From Caldimonas sp. (GTDB lineage Bacteria > Pseudomonadota > Gammaproteobacteria > Burkholderiales > Burkholderiaceae_C), in NCBI GenBank assembly GCA_040007855.1, contig JBDTUG010000001.1, positions 4,102 through 68,101 of the forward strand: a stretch of DNA of 64,000 bases. Reading direction: 5' to 3'. The translations under genes and the position numbers were made by a program. Every line of letters starts with the position of its first letter. Position 1 is the first letter of the stretch. The notes beneath the pieces are model-generated. The model worked only from the letters and a program-made list of their open reading frames with translations. It did no database searches and was not told the DNA's origin. This document shows positions 60,120 to 64,000 of the stretch, piece by piece.

Positions 60120-60680
60120 TCATTCGGGTTTCACCATGAACAACACGGCGTCGTGCTCGACCATGGCACCGTTCTCGACCGCGACTTGAACCACGGTGCC
60201 GCGGACGCCAGCGTTGACGGTGCTGAAAAGCTTCATCACCTCGATGACGCAGACGGTGTCGCCCGGCTCGACTCTCGAGCCAACCTCGACATAGGGCTCA
60301 TCTGTCGGCGCGGCCGCACGAAAGAAGCGCCCCAACATCGGCGAACGCACCGCCATGAGCCCCGACTGATCCGCTCCGGGGGCGGTTGCGGCGAGCTCAG
60401 GCTCGTCAGCCCCGGAAGCTGGCTTCTCGGCCGCGACCGGAGTCGCGATCCGCGCGGGCAGCGGCGCGCTCGGCGCCAGCGTCGAGGCCGGCGCAAAGGT
60501 CTCGAGCTGTACTGTCGGTGCGATCGAACTGCCAGGCGTGCCAGTCGCTCCGGCGGCGAATTTGCGCACATGCAACTTCATGCCCTCGACCTCGAGGCGA
60601 ACTTCGACATTGCTCAGCTGGTCGACGATCTGCAGAATGCGCGTAACGTCCCCGTGGGAGAGATCGGAGGAAAGACTCAT
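60120..60680 (-). CDS. Biotin carboxyl carrier protein (AccB-like)
   Basis: Ala/Pro linker, RSPMLGRF, IEVMKLF. Confidence 0.9.
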   Translation of the reverse strand: MSLSSDLSHGDVTRILQIVDQLSNVEVRLEVEGMKLHVRKFAAGATGTPGSSIAPTVQLETFAPASTLAPSAPLPARIATPVAAEKPASGADEPELAATAPGADQSGLMAVRSPMLGRFFRAAAPTDEPYVEVGSRVEPGDTVCVIEVMKLFSTVNAGVRGTVVQVAVENGAMVEHDAVLFMVKPE

Positions 60681-60724
60681 GTAAATCCTGATTCAACAGG
60701 GAAAATCGGAAATAGACTTGCGCT

Positions 60725-62083
60725 CTAGACAACCGCGCGGACGATGTCGCCGACGTCGCGCGAGTGCCTCAAATCCCTGAGCAGGTCGATCGAGCGCGCG
60801 ACCTGCGGCTCGGACAGGAGGTCCTGGACGCAGCCCCGGTACTTCGTCTCGCAGGACTCGAACGACAGTAGGTCAGGCGGCTGGCCGCGGGCAGAAGGCG
60901 GCTCGCGCACGATGGTCTCGCCGTTCTTCAATCGGTACGTGATCCGCGGCGTCCAGCCTGTCGGAGTCCAGCCCCAGTCCTCGCGAACAACCGTCCTCAC
61001 CTTCGGCCGGAACTTGCGGAATCGCTCGTCGTTGATCGCTTCCTTGGCGAACCCGCGCGGCAAGACCCGGCCCTCAATCATCGCCAGCGAAACCGCATGG
61101 GGCAGGCTGAACTGCGCCTCAATCTCGTCGTGCGGCTCGGGATGCTGGACGACCGTCGGGAAAAAGGCGTTGACTTCGACCTGCACCTCGGCGATGTCGT
61201 CGGGGGTGAGCCCGAGCTGCTGCCGAATGTCGAGCGTCGCCTCGATGATGCGCTGCAGGTGATAGCAGCACGGAAAGTGCTTGATGCCGACTTCGAGCAC
61301 CCGGAAAGGCCGCCCCCAATCGGAAAGAATCTTCTCAGGCGCGTCGACCTTGCCGGCCGTGATGATGTGAAAGAGCCCCCGCGGCGCTTCTAGCACATCC
61401 GGCTGGCCGGTGATGCCCTCGGCCGCCAGCAATGCGGCCGAAATTCCGTTGCGGCAGGAGAATCCCATCTCGACGATGTGGGCCATCGATCCAGTCTGGT
61501 AGCCGATGCCGCCGCCCTGCGACGCGGCGACACTGATGGCCATCGTCGTCTTCTTCTCGTCGAGCCCGAGCAGCTTGGCGGCGGAGACAGCGCAGCCTAT
61601 GGAGCCGGCCAAGCTCAGCACCATGTAGCCGAGGCGGCGCGCCTCCCGGCATGCAAGACCGATGCGGGCCTGCGCCTCGTAGCCGGCGACGAAGGCTTCG
61701 ATAACGCGCTCGCCGGAGGATTCGAGGTGCTCACCCATCGCAAAGATGGCCGGAAAGAGCGTGTAGCTGGAAACGGCCTCGGGGAAGCTGTCGTCCTCGT
61801 ATTCCGTCGCGTGTGCGAACGTGCCGTTGGCCATCGCGGCCATCTCTACCGAGGTCTTCAGGCCCGCCCCGAGGACCGTGGCCTGCGGCGATCCGCCAAG
61901 GCGCTTTACGTACTCGGTCATCGCCGGGCCGACACTGCAGCGATGCCCCGAGACCATCGCACCGAAAGCGCTCATCGCTAGAGTGGTCGAATAGTCGACG
62001 ACGTCAGTCGGCAGGTCGGCGATCCGGGTGGCCACGACGCGACGCGCGATCTCCTGGGTGATGTTCACAAACTCCCGCCCCAA
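60725..62083 (-). CDS. MmgE/PrpD family protein
   Basis: ANGTFAHATEYEDD, GYE, IKHFPCC, AQFSLP. Confidence 0.88.
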   Translation of the reverse strand: MGREFVNITQEIARRVVATRIADLPTDVVDYSTTLAMSAFGAMVSGHRCSVGPAMTEYVKRLGGSPQATVLGAGLKTSVEMAAMANGTFAHATEYEDDSFPEAVSSYTLFPAIFAMGEHLESSGERVIEAFVAGYEAQARIGLACREARRLGYMVLSLAGSIGCAVSAAKLLGLDEKKTTMAISVAASQGGGIGYQTGSMAHIVEMGFSCRNGISAALLAAEGITGQPDVLEAPRGLFHIITAGKVDAPEKILSDWGRPFRVLEVGIKHFPCCYHLQRIIEATLDIRQQLGLTPDDIAEVQVEVNAFFPTVVQHPEPHDEIEAQFSLPHAVSLAMIEGRVLPRGFAKEAINDERFRKFRPKVRTVVREDWGWTPTGWTPRITYRLKNGETIVREPPSARGQPPDLLSFESCETKYRGCVQDLLSEPQVARSIDLLRDLRHSRDVGDIVRAVV

Positions 62084-62097
62084 GCCACTAGTTGATT

Positions 62098-62115
62098 CAT
62101 ATCATATACATATTT
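62098..62115. promoter_or_regulatory. Putative operator CATATCATATACATATTT
   Basis: Copy of the 49791 motif, directly upstream of the PrpD-like gene. Confidence 0.5.
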
Positions 62116-62663
62116 GCTTTGCGGTCAACGCGCTTCCCATGAGGGGTTACCCGGCAACACTCGTCGGACCTTGTCGTGATTGCTTACCGCAACTACCCGC
62201 CGCGGCAACTCCGTCGAGCGGCTAATTTGATTCGACCTCCGACGCTACTTGCACGTCACGGATCGCTCTCGGTTCCCTGCGCCGTTCGCGGGCCGCGTGG
62301 CACGCAGTTCTATGGAGACCGCATCCACCCGAAACCGCCACCTGTACGGGCGTCGGCTCTTGTCCGCGTTCTCGCCTCCGTGTCGACCCGACTCGGTTGC
62401 CGCAACCGCTGAAGCGCGGGCAAAGCGCACTCCTCACCGCGGAGGCATGCTTTACCGGCTCACTGCCCCTACCCCTGCTTCGTCGCCAAGATGAAACCCG
62501 GCATGCGTGTCGGTCTAAAGCCTTGGCTTGGAAGCCGTGTCGACACGAGAAGAGCGATTCTCTCCAAGGGGGCAGTCCTTCCGACCTGCCTGCAGTCGAG
62601 CAAGCGCCACCGGCATTGATCCGGATCGAACCGCGCACATGTCAAGAGGCCTACCGCCATCGA

Positions 62664-63377
62664 CTAGGCAGTGCGCCGAGTCTTGCGCTGCATGCCTTCC
62701 TCTTCCTTGCTGCGGCGATCGAGCTCCGCGAGCGCGGCGGCACGATTCGCCTGCGACAAATCCCGGTGCAGCGTTTCCGCCAACTCGGCCTCACCGGCAA
62801 GGATGGCTCGCATCAACTTCTTCCAGTCCCTGAGCGATTGGCTGCGTCGTGCCGCGGTAGTGAATCCCAGTCGCGCATATCGCCCGATGTGCTGGGCAAA
62901 GGACCTGATGTGCTCGGACAGCTGCGTGTTTCCGGAGAGCTCTGCGATCAGAAGAGTAATAGCCGCGCTGGCACGGGCGTATTCGTTCGCGTCCTCCCGC
63001 GCATCCTCGAGCCTACCGAGGGCTTCACGCAGCTGCCGCTCGAGCTCCTGGTTGACGCGGCGCGCGAGCGTGCGCGACGCCAGCCCAAGCAACACAATGC
63101 GAATGTCGAACATGTCCTCGAGCTCTTGCCGCGAAAGCTTGGACACGTGCGCGCCGTGCTGCGGGAGGATCGAAACAATGCCCCGCTTCTCGAGGATGCG
63201 GAGCGCCTCCCGAATGGTCGCCCGACTGACGCCGAATGCGACCGCCAGCTCGACCTCCTTGAGGCGCTCCCCTGGAACGAACTTCTCTTCGACGATGCTT
63301 TGCGCAATGCGATCCGCAATCTGCAACGGGAGCGTCAAAGTCAAGGGCAACGGCGAAAAGCGCTCGCGCATATTCAT
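62664..63377 (-). CDS. GntR-family (FCD) transcriptional regulator
   Basis: PGERLKEVELAVAFGVSRATIREAL, FCD domain with SGN. Confidence 0.9.
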   Translation of the reverse strand: MNMRERFSPLPLTLTLPLQIADRIAQSIVEEKFVPGERLKEVELAVAFGVSRATIREALRILEKRGIVSILPQHGAHVSKLSRQELEDMFDIRIVLLGLASRTLARRVNQELERQLREALGRLEDAREDANEYARASAAITLLIAELSGNTQLSEHIRSFAQHIGRYARLGFTTAARRSQSLRDWKKLMRAILAGEAELAETLHRDLSQANRAAALAELDRRSKEEEGMQRKTRRTA

Positions 63378-63428
63378 GTCTCCTAGGCAAAAACCCTGTT
63401 GACGTGCCCACGTTCCAGTTAGTTAATA

Positions 63429-63436
63429 TGTCGACA
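63429..63436. promoter_or_regulatory. TGTCGACA palindrome, candidate GntR/FadR operator
   Basis: Lies in the divergent GntR/dctP intergenic region. Confidence 0.35.
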
Positions 63437-63562
63437 GTCAGGCAATCCGTTAGGCGTTGAATGGGGTTCGCCCGGCCTTCGGCAATCGTACCCGATGGTC
63501 GGCGGCAAATGTCTTTGTCGATGGCGCCGGCTTGTGTTGGCTCTAACTGCTGAGAGGTCCAA

Positions 63563-64000
63563 ATGAGAATCAGCTCGTTGAAATGCATGCTGGCGTTTTT
63601 TGCGGCGACAGCGCTCGCTCTCGGTGCGACTTCCGGCCACGCCCAGACTCAGCCGCCCGTGACCCTCAAGTTGGCGCACGGGGCCACGGCGGATCAGGCC
63701 ATCGGCCAGGCGATGATCAAGTTTGCCGATCTCGTCGCCCAGAAGACCAACAACGCTGCAAAGGTCGAGGTGCACCTCGCCGGGTCGCTCTACAACGAAC
63801 GCACGGCACTGGAGGCAGTGGTCAACGGAGCAGTTGACTTCGGAGGCGCCTCGAACGCGAACTGGGCCCCCTTCACGCGGACCCTGCTCTTCATGGACCT
63901 GCCCTATGTCATCACCGATGAGGCTGCATTCAAGAATGTGACACACGGCAAGATCGGCGACGTTATCCGCAGCCGGTTCGAGAAGGATGGCTTCAAGCTG
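63563..64000 (+). CDS. dctP: TRAP transporter substrate-binding protein DctP (3' truncated)
   Basis: GAGAGG RBS; signal peptide, TLKLAHG, FADLVAQKTN, GAVDF, DLPY; not in ORF track because it has no stop in the window. Confidence 0.85.
   Translation, partial: MRISSLKCMLAFFAATALALGATSGHAQTQPPVTLKLAHGATADQAIGQAMIKFADLVAQKTNNAAKVEVHLAGSLYNERTALEAVVNGAVDFGGASNANWAPFTRTLLFMDLPYVITDEAAFKNVTHGKIGDVIRSRFEKDGFKL

Overview
High-GC window from what looks like a Betaproteobacterium (Burkholderiales-like; inferred from gene content). No rRNA, tRNA or CRISPR array was seen. It reads as a mosaic of metabolic modules. (1) 0.5-14.5 kb: cyclic-amide/purine-type catabolism (PotABCD-like ABC transporter, metal amidohydrolase, DUF1028, dihydropyrimidinase/hydantoinase, hydantoin racemase, N-carbamoyl-D-amino-acid hydrolase, HpyO-like flavoprotein, two CMD/AhpD proteins, Bug receptor). 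(2) 14.7-26 kb: accessory region with two IS91-family remnants and one IS256 remnant, a GIDE-like membrane protein, MFS, a secreted protein, hydrolases and a cyclase-ATPase-TPR protein with 120-bp repeats. (3) 26-36 kb: low-oxygen island with four FNR boxes, a FixK-like Crp/Fnr regulator, FixL-like PAS hybrid kinase, OmpR-type regulator, three USPs, hemerythrin, decayed ccoI/ccoS and a truncated OTC-like protein. (4) 36.5-42.7 kb: Rieske oxygenase plus hpaG/hpaE/hpaH, with a LigAB-type dioxygenase where hpaD would be expected. (5) 43.4-62.1 kb: a 19-kb minus-strand cluster of unknown function with one biotin carboxylase, two biotin carriers, two different carboxyltransferases, a split NDP-forming acyl-CoA synthetase, a PrpD-family enzyme, SDRs, EthD proteins and an ABC importer, with a shared AT-rich motif before both operons. 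The window ends in GntR and a partial TRAP DctP. All calls come from reading motifs by eye; no database search was run.
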